From: Acidimicrobiales bacterium
GTDB taxonomy: Bacteria > Actinomycetota > Acidimicrobiia > Acidimicrobiales > SZUA-35
Reading direction: 5' to 3'
DNA length: 64,000 nucleotides
Assembly (NCBI GenBank): GCA_050633745.1
Contig: JBOEHD010000063.1
Span: forward strand, 48,346-112,345
Positions 9,246 to 18,758 of the stretch are shown here, in pieces. Position 1 is the first letter of the stretch, and the number at the start of each line of letters is the position of its first letter. Under the pieces are notes generated by a model, which was given only the letters and a program-made list of their open reading frames with translations, searched no databases and was not told the origin of the DNA. The position numbers and the translations under genes were made by a program.

Positions 9246-9934
9246 GACAGTCGACCCGCAAGTAAGGCTCGACCTCGGGAAAGTCGCGACCGCACGGTGT
9301 TGATCTCAAGGCCCTGCCGTTTTGCGATCTCGGCATAGCTCAGGCCTTCGATATCTCGCAGCAGCACCGTCTCGCGAAAGATCGGGGGCAGCGAGTCAAT
9401 CGCCTCTCGCACCACCTCCCGCTGGGTCACAATTGAAGACATCCGCCGGAGGGTCTTGTTGGCCAGGAGGTCGCTCTCCGCTAGTTCGTCTTCCGGCCGA
9501 AGCCGACGGAGCTGACCGATGGCGACGTTGCGGGTCAGTGCATAGAGCCAGGTGGTGAACTTGGAATCGCCCCGGAATCGTTCGATCGAACCGCTGACCG
9601 CTACCAGCACCTCCTGCTCGATGTCCTCGATCAGTGCCCCATTGTTAGAGAGCCGAGCGATAGCCGGAGCGGCCAGGTCGAGTTGGTCAACAAGACGCAG
9701 CAGCAGCTCAAGGCCGCGCTCCGAACCGGTCGCTGCCGAAGCGGCCACGAGATCTACCACCGTGGAGTCGACGCCAGCAAGCGAGACCAAACGATCGCCT
9801 GCCGCGGCCGACCCTGCGGTGTACGCCACGAGCAACTCAGCAGCGGAGGAAAACGATTGCGGCGATGACTGCGGCGGCGCTGGCGGCGGCGCCGTTGCCG
9901 AACGACGACTCCCGCTACTCCGCCGCCTTATCAC
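9242..9934 (-). CDS. ECF-type sigma factor, paralog of 1-374, with a long Ser/Ala/Pro-rich N-terminal extension
   Basis: Region 2: EDIEQEVLVAVSGSIERFRGDSKFTTWLYALTRNVAIGQLRR. Region 4: SLPPIFRETVLLRDIEGLSYAEIAKRQGLEINTVRSRLSRGRALL. GTG start at 9934. Confidence 0.85.
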   Translation of the reverse strand: MIRRRSSGSRRSATAPPPAPPQSSPQSFSSAAELLVAYTAGSAAAGDRLVSLAGVDSTVVDLVAASAATGSERGLELLLRLVDQLDLAAPAIARLSNNGALIEDIEQEVLVAVSGSIERFRGDSKFTTWLYALTRNVAIGQLRRLRPEDELAESDLLANKTLRRMSSIVTQREVVREAIDSLPPIFRETVLLRDIEGLSYAEIAKRQGLEINTVRSRLSRGRALLAGRLS

Positions 9935-10015
9935 GGTCTCACTCTATTCGGTTGGACAAGTACCGTCTACAGCCAGCTCGGGCGGTGACAGCTCGGGCCA
10001 GGCTGCCGGCCCGCG

Positions 10016-11335
10016 CTACGAAGTGAGGGTAGCCGCCGTCGATTGGTTGAGCTGGTCGATGCCCTGGATGATCTCCAACATGGTGGCAGAAGCCGACTCG
10101 ACGTCGCTCCGAGCCCGGTCGGTGGTATCACGCTGCTCTCGTACCCCGGTCTCGACCTGCTGCTGACGACCGACGATCGAGTCGACAAGCTCGGCAACGC
10201 CCGATACCCGGGTAGCGGAACTGGTCACCCGGGAACGTAGATCGTCGGTGATCTCTCGGATCTGGTCGGTGGCCTGTGAAGTCTGCTTTGCCAGGTCCTT
10301 CACTTCGGTTGCGACCACGGTGAAGCCGCGTCCGGCGGTGCCAGCTCGCTCGGCTTCGATGGTGGCATTTAGAGCGAGGAGATTGGTCTTGTTGGCAATG
10401 TCGGAGATCAGGTCGACCATCTCGGTGATTCGACGACTCCGCTCATCGAGTTCTTCGACGACCTGCTGTGTGGTCGAGGCCTCGTCGTTGGCCCGCAGGG
10501 CCAACTCCAGAACCTGATGAACCTCGTCGGAGATTGCGCTCGAAGTCTCGGTCATCGTTGTCATCGTTGATGATGTCTCGCCGATCATTTCTCGCACACG
10601 GGCCGAAGACGAAGCCAAATCAGAGGAGCGTCGGGCGACATCTTCGGCCTGGGCCACCTGTTGTTCGAGGTTCTGCCGCTGGCTCTCGGCGAGAACGATA
10701 CTCTCGTCGCTGAGCAGCTTCTGTCGCTCCATCGTGGCGTCCTGTTGTGCCGATAACATCAGCCATCGGTCATGCTGCAGTTGCAGTGTGTACCAGTTGA
10801 TGGATAGCGCCCCGATCAGCATCAGGACGAAGAAGACGTGCACCGCAGTCCACAACAGCGGATTCTGTTGCCCACGCTCGTGCTCAAAAAGGATGGCCGG
10901 ATCATAGACACTCAACGTGGCGTGGTGGACTGCGGTGAAGCCCACCACCGCTACGAACGGCCGCAGGTCGACATACAGAGCGGTCAGTGTGAGCACAACA
11001 AACCAATGGAAGTGAGCCTCGATGATGCCGCCGCTGAAGTGAATTAGAGTTGCTGCTGCGTAGACGAGACCCACCGAAGTGGCGATGGAACGAATCAGGC
11101 GGTGCATCTCACTCAGGCCAAGGACGCCAAGTACAAACACCGGCAAGGTCTCAACAGAGGCATGCCACAGGGCATAGTCCTTGAGTAGTCCGATAGCTAA
11201 CAACACCGGGATGTGTAGCAAGAGAGTACGGGTGATTAGTCGATGACGGAACTCGAACTGTTCGTCATCGATGGCTCGTCCGTTTGGAATATGGTCCTTA
11301 AAGCCAGTCACCCTTAAGTTGTCGGACTCCGTCAT
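10016..11335 (-). CDS. Methyl-accepting chemotaxis protein (MCP) signalling-domain protein with an N-terminal polytopic membrane domain
   Basis: Highly conserved MCP hairpin tip: [36 protein letters not shown]. The N-terminal ~200 aa hold 5-6 hydrophobic helices rich in His ([23 protein letters not shown]). I prefer the ATG at 11335 (MTESDNL) over the track start at 11419, because 11419 would overlap the divergent gene at 11380. Confidence 0.8.
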   Translation of the reverse strand: MTESDNLRVTGFKDHIPNGRAIDDEQFEFRHRLITRTLLLHIPVLLAIGLLKDYALWHASVETLPVFVLGVLGLSEMHRLIRSIATSVGLVYAAATLIHFSGGIIEAHFHWFVVLTLTALYVDLRPFVAVVGFTAVHHATLSVYDPAILFEHERGQQNPLLWTAVHVFFVLMLIGALSINWYTLQLQHDRWLMLSAQQDATMERQKLLSDESIVLAESQRQNLEQQVAQAEDVARRSSDLASSSARVREMIGETSSTMTTMTETSSAISDEVHQVLELALRANDEASTTQQVVEELDERSRRITEMVDLISDIANKTNLLALNATIEAERAGTAGRGFTVVATEVKDLAKQTSQATDQIREITDDLRSRVTSSATRVSGVAELVDSIVGRQQQVETGVREQRDTTDRARSDVESASATMLEIIQGIDQLNQSTAATLTS

Positions 11336-11379
11336 CCAAAAACTAAGCAAAAAGTCAGGCTGACATATCGGCCGAATCG

Positions 11380-13437
11380 ATGAAAGGACTCTGGGTGTCA
11401 AGGACCTTGGGGGCGTCACGAATTATTCGAAGAGCGACAATAGTGGCTGTTGCAATTTGTATAACCTGGCTCGGGCTTCTGCCCGGCGATGCAGGCGCGA
11501 TCACTGACGATCCTGACGTCGACACCTTCGCCGCGTATGAGTATCGCATCGACCCCGACCGAGGTGTTGTCGATGTAACGATCAACATGGCGGTGACGGC
11601 AGACAAACCGAATCGCACATTGAGCAGCGGCGACTACTACGAGTACTACTTTCAGGGCTATTTCCTGGCTGTTCCAGAAGAGGCGATCGACCTCAGGGTG
11701 ACCGACGCAGCCGACCGGGCCCTGAACTTCGAGGTGAACACCGAGAACGAAGGTTTCTCGATCCTGGACATCGATTTCCGCCGCAATATCTTTTACCGGC
11801 AAACCGCTGACGTGGTGGTGACGTACAGCCTGCCAAAGGGAGAAGCGCGCAGCGATGCTCCAGCCAGGGTTAATGAGGCCTATGCCGGGTTTTCGATATG
11901 GCTGACGCCGCAACTCGAAGGTGCTTCGGTGACTGTTGTCAGCCCAAAAGGGTTCGATAATGAAAGTACCGGTTCCGAACCGTTCAAGATCGAATCAAAT
12001 GCCGATGAGACTCTGTTTATCGCCGAAGACGTAGACCCGGAGGACTACTGGGCACTGGTCTCGTTAGCCCGAGACCAGTCTCTGACTACTACCGAACTCT
12101 CCATCGCGGGCAACGCCATCGAGGTCAGCGCTTGGCCAGACGATGCGGCCTGGTCCGAACATGTGACCATCAACCTTGAACAGGGTCTTCCTCGACTCAT
12201 CGAAACCGTCGGCCAGCCATGGCCCATCGACGGCGAGTTGGCGATCATCGAGTCGTACTCGCCATACCTGCTCGGTTACGCAGGCTGGTATGACCCGACC
12301 ACAAACCAGATCGAAATCGGCGACGAACTCGACAGCCATCTCGTCTTCCATGAGCTATCGCACGTGTGGTTCAACGATGAGCTCTTCGGCAAGCGGTGGA
12401 TCACCGAGGGGCTATCCGACGTGTTCGGAGCGGCGGTGGTCGAATCGATGGATCAGGAGCGGCCGAGGCCGCCGTCGACCTCGCTGCTCGACCCTATCGC
12501 CGGGCCGCTCAACGAGTGGAGTCAATTCGACCGTGATCCCGAGGTCGAAAGCTGGTCATACGATGCCAGCTGGACGGTGACCGAGGCCATCGCTGAAGCG
12601 GTAGGGATCGAGGTGCTGTCCGATGTAGTGCAGGCCGCGGCGGAAGACGAGATCTCGTACCTGGGCGATGGGCCACCTGAATCAGACTCGAGGGACGACG
12701 GCTGGCGGCGATACCTCGATCTCATCGAGAACCGGGGAGCGGTAACCGACGACAGCATCACCGATCTGTTCAGTGAGTGGGTAGTACCCGACCCGCTGAA
12801 GCCCATGCTGGCTAAGCGCTCGGAACATCGCGGCCGCTATGGGGAGCTGGTTGAGAGGGGTGAGACCTGGGCTGCACCTCACGCCGTTCGAGTCGCCATG
12901 TCGGAGTGGGAGTTCGACGACGCCGATGATCTTATGGCCGCTTCGGAGGCGATCTTGGACCGTCGAGAGCTGGTTTATGGGGTTCTTGCCCCGCTCGAAG
13001 CTTCGCTGCCAGCGAAGCTAGAAGCGGACTACGAGCACGCCACCTCAGACTTGCGCCAAACCTCATCGCTGATGACCGAGGTTGAGGACAGCGCCGACCA
13101 ACTCCGGCGTTCCTATGAAGCGGTGGAGAGCGTTTCAGGTCCGCTGCAGTGGGTGGGAGCGCTTGGCACCGACTACCCGACGGACTTCGATGAGGCTGTA
13201 TCGGCCTTCGAACGCGGCAACCTCACCGCCGCGACGGCTCAGAGCCGTGCAGTCGATGAGGAAGTTGCCGATCTTAGGAACCGAGGACTGTTCCGAGTGA
13301 TCTCGGTAGCCGTCGGAGTATTGCTTTGTATTGGCTTGCTTGCGGTGATCCTCAGCCGGCGGCGATATCGCCGCCGGCTGAATGCATCAGTGCAAGTTAG
13401 CGCCGCTGCAACAGAAGCTGATAGCAGCGCTAGTTAG
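11380..13437 (+). CDS. Secreted, C-terminally membrane-anchored zinc metallopeptidase (gluzincin, M1-like / peptidase MA clan)
   Basis: Signal peptide. HELSHVWF (HExxH) followed by WITEGLS (the Glu third ligand). C-terminal TM plus basic tail: [27 protein letters not shown]. Confidence 0.8.
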   Translation: MKGLWVSRTLGASRIIRRATIVAVAICITWLGLLPGDAGAITDDPDVDTFAAYEYRIDPDRGVVDVTINMAVTADKPNRTLSSGDYYEYYFQGYFLAVPEEAIDLRVTDAADRALNFEVNTENEGFSILDIDFRRNIFYRQTADVVVTYSLPKGEARSDAPARVNEAYAGFSIWLTPQLEGASVTVVSPKGFDNESTGSEPFKIESNADETLFIAEDVDPEDYWALVSLARDQSLTTTELSIAGNAIEVSAWPDDAAWSEHVTINLEQGLPRLIETVGQPWPIDGELAIIESYSPYLLGYAGWYDPTTNQIEIGDELDSHLVFHELSHVWFNDELFGKRWITEGLSDVFGAAVVESMDQERPRPPSTSLLDPIAGPLNEWSQFDRDPEVESWSYDASWTVTEAIAEAVGIEVLSDVVQAAAEDEISYLGDGPPESDSRDDGWRRYLDLIENRGAVTDDSITDLFSEWVVPDPLKPMLAKRSEHRGRYGELVERGETWAAPHAVRVAMSEWEFDDADDLMAASEAILDRRELVYGVLAPLEASLPAKLEADYEHATSDLRQTSSLMTEVEDSADQLRRSYEAVESVSGPLQWVGALGTDYPTDFDEAVSAFERGNLTAATAQSRAVDEEVADLRNRGLFRVISVAVGVLLCIGLLAVILSRRRYRRRLNASVQVSAAATEADSSAS

Positions 13438-13445
13438 TGCCGGTG

Positions 13446-15170
13446 CTACTCGCCGCCGGTGACGCTGATGCGATCCTGTGGCCCGGGAGCCACTGGTGAG
13501 TTCGCACCGAAGTAGGTGACCAGGGCGTCAAGGTCGACTTCGCCGCCGAGGCGGTCGGTGCCGTCACGGAGGATGGAGAAGTTGTCGCCACCGTCGGATA
13601 GGAAGCTGTTGACCGTGATGCGGTAGCCAGCTGCGGGGTCGAGCACGACGCCGTCGATCATGATGGTCGAAGGGTCGACCCTTTCACCGTCGGCTGCGGA
13701 GGAATCCCAGGTGTATGAGAAGCCTTCCGAGACCTGCAGGATGCGAGGGTTGGTCTGACCGAGCCACTGCTGCTCGAGCAAGGTGTCGATCTGCTCGCCG
13801 GTCAGGGTCATGGTGACCAGGCTGTTGCCGAATGGCTGTACGCCGAAGGCTTCACCGAAGGTGAACTCGCCTGGGCCCTCATCACCGGAGGCTTCGAACA
13901 GGATGTCTGCTCGGATGCCACCGGGGTTCATGAACGCTGCGACCGCTGAACCGGTGATGTCACTTTCGGTTGCTGCAAGCTGGGCATCAGCGATGACGTC
14001 ACCGAGAGCCGACTCGCCGGCTGGGGTGTTGTCTTCGGTGATGTCTGTGGTGGTGGTGCCGATGACCTGGTTGGCCAGAGGATCCGACAGAGCGGTGTAC
14101 TTGTCGATCAGCTGCGTGACCTTGCGGACAGGCTTGACGCCCTCCTGCAGGTTGGGCACGTTGTTGATCGAGACGATGCTCATGTCCTTGGTCAAACGAT
14201 CGAGGTGCACGTCGATATCGGTGAACAAGCGACCGCGGTTGTCGGCCATGGTGACCCATTTGCCGTCGATCTCACAGATGAATTCGTCGTTGGTGTGACC
14301 AGCGATGACCAGGTCGACCGCGTCGTCGAACTGGGGAACGATCTCGGCGATCGGCCCGGTAAGGCCGGAGCCGCAGTCGTTCTGACCACCGTCGGAGAAG
14401 CCACCCTCGTGAAGCAGGATCACGATCGACTCGATGCCGTCTGCTTGCAGCTCAGGCACGATGGCGTTCACGGTCTCGACTTCATCTTCGAAGGTGAGAC
14501 CGGCGACGCCGGCCGGGGTGACGATCGAAGGGGTGCCTTCGAGGGTCATGCCGATGAAGGCGACCTTGATGCCTTCGTAACGCTTGATGGCTACACCGGG
14601 GAAGATCGTCTCGCCGGTGTCTTCATACTTGACGTTGGCTGCCAGGAACTGGAAGTTGGCGCCACGGAAGGGAGTGCCGTCGAGGTTGCCGTCGACCGGG
14701 TGCGGGCCGCCGTTCTGGAGACGGAGCAGCTCGTCGACGCCTTCGTCGAACTCGTGGTTGCCGACGCCGTTGAGCTCGAGGCGCATGAGGTTCATGGCTT
14801 CGATGGTCGGCTCGTCATGGAACAGTGCCGAAACGAGCGGTGATGCACCGACGAGGTCGCCAGCCGAAACGAGGATGGAGTTGCGGTTGTGGTACTCGCG
14901 GGCCCGCAGGTTGGCCGCCAGGTAGTCGGCCCGACCGACGCCGCCGAACGAGCCGGAGCTAGTGGCGATGTTGCCGTGGAAGTCGTTGATGGCCAGGATC
15001 TGGAGACGAACCGGGGCGAAGGTGCGACGTCGTGCTGTCTCAACATCTTCACTTGCCGAATCGGAGCCGGCATCTACTGTTGCCGCTGCTGGGGCTACCA
15101 GCGCTGAAGCACCCAGCATGAGGGCCACCAGGGCCAAGAGCGCTGCTCGCACTCGTCGATTACTTAACAT
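13446..15170 (-). CDS. Secreted bifunctional metallophosphatase / 5'-nucleotidase (UshA-like)
   Basis: Signal peptide MLSNRRVRAALLALVALMLGASALVAPAAA. Calcineurin-like phosphoesterase motifs NDFHGN, GDLVGASP, GNHEFD, and a C-terminal 5'-nucleotidase domain. Confidence 0.9.
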   Translation of the reverse strand: MLSNRRVRAALLALVALMLGASALVAPAAATVDAGSDSASEDVETARRRTFAPVRLQILAINDFHGNIATSSGSFGGVGRADYLAANLRAREYHNRNSILVSAGDLVGASPLVSALFHDEPTIEAMNLMRLELNGVGNHEFDEGVDELLRLQNGGPHPVDGNLDGTPFRGANFQFLAANVKYEDTGETIFPGVAIKRYEGIKVAFIGMTLEGTPSIVTPAGVAGLTFEDEVETVNAIVPELQADGIESIVILLHEGGFSDGGQNDCGSGLTGPIAEIVPQFDDAVDLVIAGHTNDEFICEIDGKWVTMADNRGRLFTDIDVHLDRLTKDMSIVSINNVPNLQEGVKPVRKVTQLIDKYTALSDPLANQVIGTTTTDITEDNTPAGESALGDVIADAQLAATESDITGSAVAAFMNPGGIRADILFEASGDEGPGEFTFGEAFGVQPFGNSLVTMTLTGEQIDTLLEQQWLGQTNPRILQVSEGFSYTWDSSAADGERVDPSTIMIDGVVLDPAAGYRITVNSFLSDGGDNFSILRDGTDRLGGEVDLDALVTYFGANSPVAPGPQDRISVTGGE

Positions 15171-15589
15171 TCAATGCCATCCTTATATACCCGGGGACGG
15201 AGACGTCCCACCATGTGCACGCAGCATGCTAGGTCAGGGCCCGGTGAGAATCCAGGGTCAGCTGGCAAGCTAGGACGATGACCCAAGCTGACATCTGGCG
15301 GTGGAGGCCAACTAGCTGTGGAAATCGGATCTAGAGATCGACCTCGGCCGGATCTGTGGATGACCGGCCGTCTGGCTGGCCCGGCCGTGTCACGCCGCCG
15401 ATGGCAACTTACTAGTTCTGTTACTTTCGATCGTCGTTTCGACGGGCGGCGCCAGCGACCGTAATCTAACCGTGGTATGCGGTGAGCGCCGTCGTCTCGT
15501 TCTGGACGTCTCAGGCTGACGAGTAACCTGCCCACCAAAACGTTGTTAGCAAACCATCTACTCAAGCTATGCAGTGACAGGAGCCCGAA

Positions 15590-16639
15590 ATGAAGATCTC
15601 TATGGCCTTGGGGGCCGGCGCAAGCCTCAATCCGAAAAGCCTGGCCACCCGGGCGAAGGATCTGGAAAGTGCTGGCGTCGACCTGTTCTGGGGCGGCGAA
15701 ATCTACGGCTTCGACCTCGTTTCGACCTTGGCGTTCGTTGCGGCCCACACTACGAAGGCTGAGCTGATGACCGGCATTCTGCCGATCTACAGTCGCTCCC
15801 CGGCCCTGATCGCCCAGACCGCCATGACAATCGACACGCTGTCGGAGGGCCGGTTCATTCTGGGACTTGGTTCGTCTGGCCCGCAGGTCATTGAAGGCTG
15901 GCACGGTGTTCCGTTCAAGAAGCCTCTGGGTCTGACTCGCGACATCATCGAGATCAGCCGCAAAGTGTGGTCTGGCGACAAAGTCGAGCACGAGGGGCGG
16001 GCCTTTAGCTTGCCGTTGCCGGAGGGCGAGGGCACGGGCCTTGGCAAGCCGCTGCGCCTGATGTGCAAGCCGTTCCGACAGGACATTCCGGTGGCGGTGG
16101 CCTCGATCGGACCGAAGAATGTTGAGATGACGGCCGAGTTGGCCAATCTGTGGCAGCCGATCCACTTCCTGCCGGAGATGTTCAACGAGGTATGGGGCGA
16201 CTCGCTGGCCGCTGGTAAGGCCAAGCGCGATCCGGAGCTCGGCGAGCTGAAGATCATCGCTGGCGGAACCGTGGCACTCGGTTCTGGGCCTGCGGTTGAC
16301 GAGGCTCGCAAAGCGGTGCGAGACAACGTCGGGTTTTACGTCGGCGGCATGGGCGCTCGCGACAAGAACTTCTACAACGACCTGTTCAAGCGTTATGGCT
16401 ATGAGGAAGAGGCCGTTGCCATTCAGGACCTGTTCCTTAGCGGCAAGCGCGAAGAGGCCTTCGCTGCGGTGCCAGACGATTACGTCGACCGGGCCAGCCT
16501 CACCGGCGACGAGGGTCATGTGCGGGAACGCATCGAGGTCTACAAAGAGGTCGGCATCACCTACCTGAACATCGACATCCCCGCTGGCACCGAGAACCCT
16601 CTCGAGGTCATCGAGAAGGTCAAGGCGTGGGCGGAGTAG
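15590..16639 (+). CDS. Luciferase-like monooxygenase (LLM) class, probable F420-dependent oxidoreductase
   Basis: LGLGSSGPQVIEGWHGVPF and overall LLM architecture. AGGAG ribosome-binding site 7 nt upstream of the ATG. Confidence 0.9.
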   Translation: MKISMALGAGASLNPKSLATRAKDLESAGVDLFWGGEIYGFDLVSTLAFVAAHTTKAELMTGILPIYSRSPALIAQTAMTIDTLSEGRFILGLGSSGPQVIEGWHGVPFKKPLGLTRDIIEISRKVWSGDKVEHEGRAFSLPLPEGEGTGLGKPLRLMCKPFRQDIPVAVASIGPKNVEMTAELANLWQPIHFLPEMFNEVWGDSLAAGKAKRDPELGELKIIAGGTVALGSGPAVDEARKAVRDNVGFYVGGMGARDKNFYNDLFKRYGYEEEAVAIQDLFLSGKREEAFAAVPDDYVDRASLTGDEGHVRERIEVYKEVGITYLNIDIPAGTENPLEVIEKVKAWAE

Positions 16640-16672
16640 TACCCGACCGCAAAGCAAACCAGAGGCTCGACC

Positions 16673-17587
16673 GTGACTGAAGTGCACACCTCGTCCACCG
16701 GCATCGACTTTGTTCGGACCGCCGATGAACGTTTCGCTGGCCTGGCCGACTACCCATACAAACCGATCTACGTCGAGGTTGACGGTCTTCGTATGGGTTA
16801 TGTCGATGTCGGGCCGGCCGATGGGCCGGTGATGCTGCTGCTTCACGGCGAGCCGACCTGGGGCTATCTCTATCGGCGGATGATTCCACCTCTGGTTGAA
16901 GCTGGGTTCCGCTGTGTGGTGCCCGACCTGATCGGTTTCGGACGTTCCGACAAACCGACCGACAGGTCGGTGTATACCTACAACGGGCATGTGGCCTGGA
17001 TGGCGGCGTTTCTCGACGCCATCGATCTTGGTGTGGCCACCCTGTTCGCTCAAGACTGGGGTGGCCTCATCGGTCTGCGTATTGCCGCGGAGCATCCGAG
17101 GCGTTTCGACCGAGTGGCCATCGGGAACACCGGTCTTCCGGTTGGACAATCGCTTGGGCCGGGCTTCGACGGGTGGCTGCAAGCATCGCAGACCATGGAG
17201 TTCATGGACGCTGGTGCGATGTTGCAGCGGGCTACTCAGGCCAGGGAGTTGACCGACGCCGAGATGGACGCCTACCGAGCACCGTTCCCCGACGAGACTC
17301 ATATGGCGGGCGCTCGGGAGTTCCCTACGCTGGTATCGATCACTCCAGAACATGGAGCGGTTGCCGAGAACCTTGCGGCGTGGACCGAGTTGGAGCGCTG
17401 GGAAAAGCCGTTCCTCACACTGTGGTGCCCAGGCGATCCAGTATTGGGCCACCTCAATCGTGAATTCATCGAGCGGGTACCCGGGGCTGCTGGCCAACCT
17501 CATCAAGAGCTCACCCCCGGAGGCCACTTCATCCAGGACGACCGGGGCGAAGACGTGGCCGCTGCCCTCATCGACTGGATGAGCTGA
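16673..17587 (+). CDS. Haloalkane dehalogenase-type alpha/beta hydrolase
   Basis: LLLHGEPTWGYLYRRMIP and the nucleophile motif AQDWGG are the diagnostic HLD-I (DhlA/DhmA-like) segments. C-terminal GGHFIQDD. Confidence 0.85.
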   Translation: MTEVHTSSTGIDFVRTADERFAGLADYPYKPIYVEVDGLRMGYVDVGPADGPVMLLLHGEPTWGYLYRRMIPPLVEAGFRCVVPDLIGFGRSDKPTDRSVYTYNGHVAWMAAFLDAIDLGVATLFAQDWGGLIGLRIAAEHPRRFDRVAIGNTGLPVGQSLGPGFDGWLQASQTMEFMDAGAMLQRATQARELTDAEMDAYRAPFPDETHMAGAREFPTLVSITPEHGAVAENLAAWTELERWEKPFLTLWCPGDPVLGHLNREFIERVPGAAGQPHQELTPGGHFIQDDRGEDVAAALIDWMS

Positions 17588-17661
17588 AACCACAGCTGGG
17601 TTACATGCGCTCGAAACCCCGCCGAAACCGGCCGGAAATCGAAGCGCCATAGCTTGAGTGC

Positions 17662-18732
17662 GTGGCTCCTTCAACTGGTGTGTCTGCTGTCGATCATCGA
17701 ATCTCTGCTTCACCGGAGACCTGCTTCTGGGGTTACTTTGACGCTGGAACGGCTCCGGTGCTCTCGGTCGAACCTGGCGAAGTGGTCGAGATCGAGGCGG
17801 TTACCCACCATGCCGGTGATGCTCCGGACCTGCTGATGGATGATGGCATCAAGGCCATCTGGGACGGCATCGCTCCTGAGACCCGGACCCCCGGGGTGCA
17901 TATCATGACCGGCCCAATCGAGGTGGCAGGCGCCCAACCTGGCGATGCACTGGTGGTGGAAATCCTGGCGATGTGGCCGCGCTTGGCTTATGGCTCCAAT
18001 TGCGCCGCTCATTGGGGGCGTCTGTATGAGGACATGGGCAAGGAGCGCATCACTATCTATGGACTCGACACCCCGGACGGTCATGAGGGTCGGCTGGACT
18101 TTCCCCCTATCGCTCGCCCCCTGTTCGGTTTCGACTTCACCGAGCGCGCGCTCTACGACATGCCCGGCGTGATCTCGCCTGCGGGCTCGACTGAACGAGA
18201 AAGGTTCGGCGTCGACGTGGCGGTCCCGGTTCGCCCGCACCTTGGGGTGATGGGGGTCGCTCCCCCGAGCACCGAGCGGCTCGACAGCGTGCCTCCCGGC
18301 ATCTTCGGTGGCAACGTTGACAACTGGCGGTTCGGACCTGGCGCAACGATTCGGTATCCGGTGTTTCATCCTGGCGCTGGCTTCTACGTCGGCGACCCGC
18401 ATTTCGCTCAGGGCGATGGCGAACTGTGCGGCACCGCAATCGAGGCATCGCTGGATGTGCAGCTTCGACTTTCGATCGAACCGGGAGCGGCACCCGAGGC
18501 TCCCCTGCTCGACTACGGCGACAAGATCTACACCCACGGCTTCGGAGCCAATCTCGATGAGGCGATGCTCAACACCGCCCGCCAAATGATTCGGCTCATG
18601 GTCAAACGTTTCGGCCTGACAACCGACGAAGCGTATTCGCTCGCTTCGGTCGCGGTAGACATCGGAGTGACCCAGGTGGTCGACGGCACCGTAGGATGCC
18701 ATGCCTCCATCGACCCTTCGATGTTCGTCTGA
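17662..18732 (+). CDS. Acetamidase/formamidase family amidohydrolase
   Basis: FGGNVDNW, GDPHFAQGDGELCGTAIE and an N-terminal PVLSVEPGEVVEIE, all typical of the FmdA/AmdA family. Confidence 0.85.
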   Translation: MAPSTGVSAVDHRISASPETCFWGYFDAGTAPVLSVEPGEVVEIEAVTHHAGDAPDLLMDDGIKAIWDGIAPETRTPGVHIMTGPIEVAGAQPGDALVVEILAMWPRLAYGSNCAAHWGRLYEDMGKERITIYGLDTPDGHEGRLDFPPIARPLFGFDFTERALYDMPGVISPAGSTERERFGVDVAVPVRPHLGVMGVAPPSTERLDSVPPGIFGGNVDNWRFGPGATIRYPVFHPGAGFYVGDPHFAQGDGELCGTAIEASLDVQLRLSIEPGAAPEAPLLDYGDKIYTHGFGANLDEAMLNTARQMIRLMVKRFGLTTDEAYSLASVAVDIGVTQVVDGTVGCHASIDPSMFV

Positions 18733-18758
18733 GTCATCCAGCCACCCAACCGCCCCGC

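Noticed and set aside
1-9934. Inverted sigma-kinase pairs as the arms of a composite transposon or recent inverted duplication
   Set aside because: The similarity is at protein level only, because synonymous positions differ throughout. No transposase, integrase or terminal nucleotide repeats are present. This is better explained as old paralogy.
9935-10015. Possible ECF-type promoter (CCAAC-N15-CGT) upstream of sigma 2
   Set aside because: The CGT element overlaps the GTG start codon itself, so the spacing to a transcription start is impossible. The -35-like element also deviates from GGAAC.
15164-17713. 849-aa minus-strand ORF, the longest in the track
   Set aside because: It lies antisense to two well-supported plus-strand genes, the LLM oxidoreductase at 15590-16639 and the haloalkane dehalogenase at 16673-17587. 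Its translation is Arg/Pro/Gly-rich with no recognisable motif. This is a typical high-GC shadow ORF.
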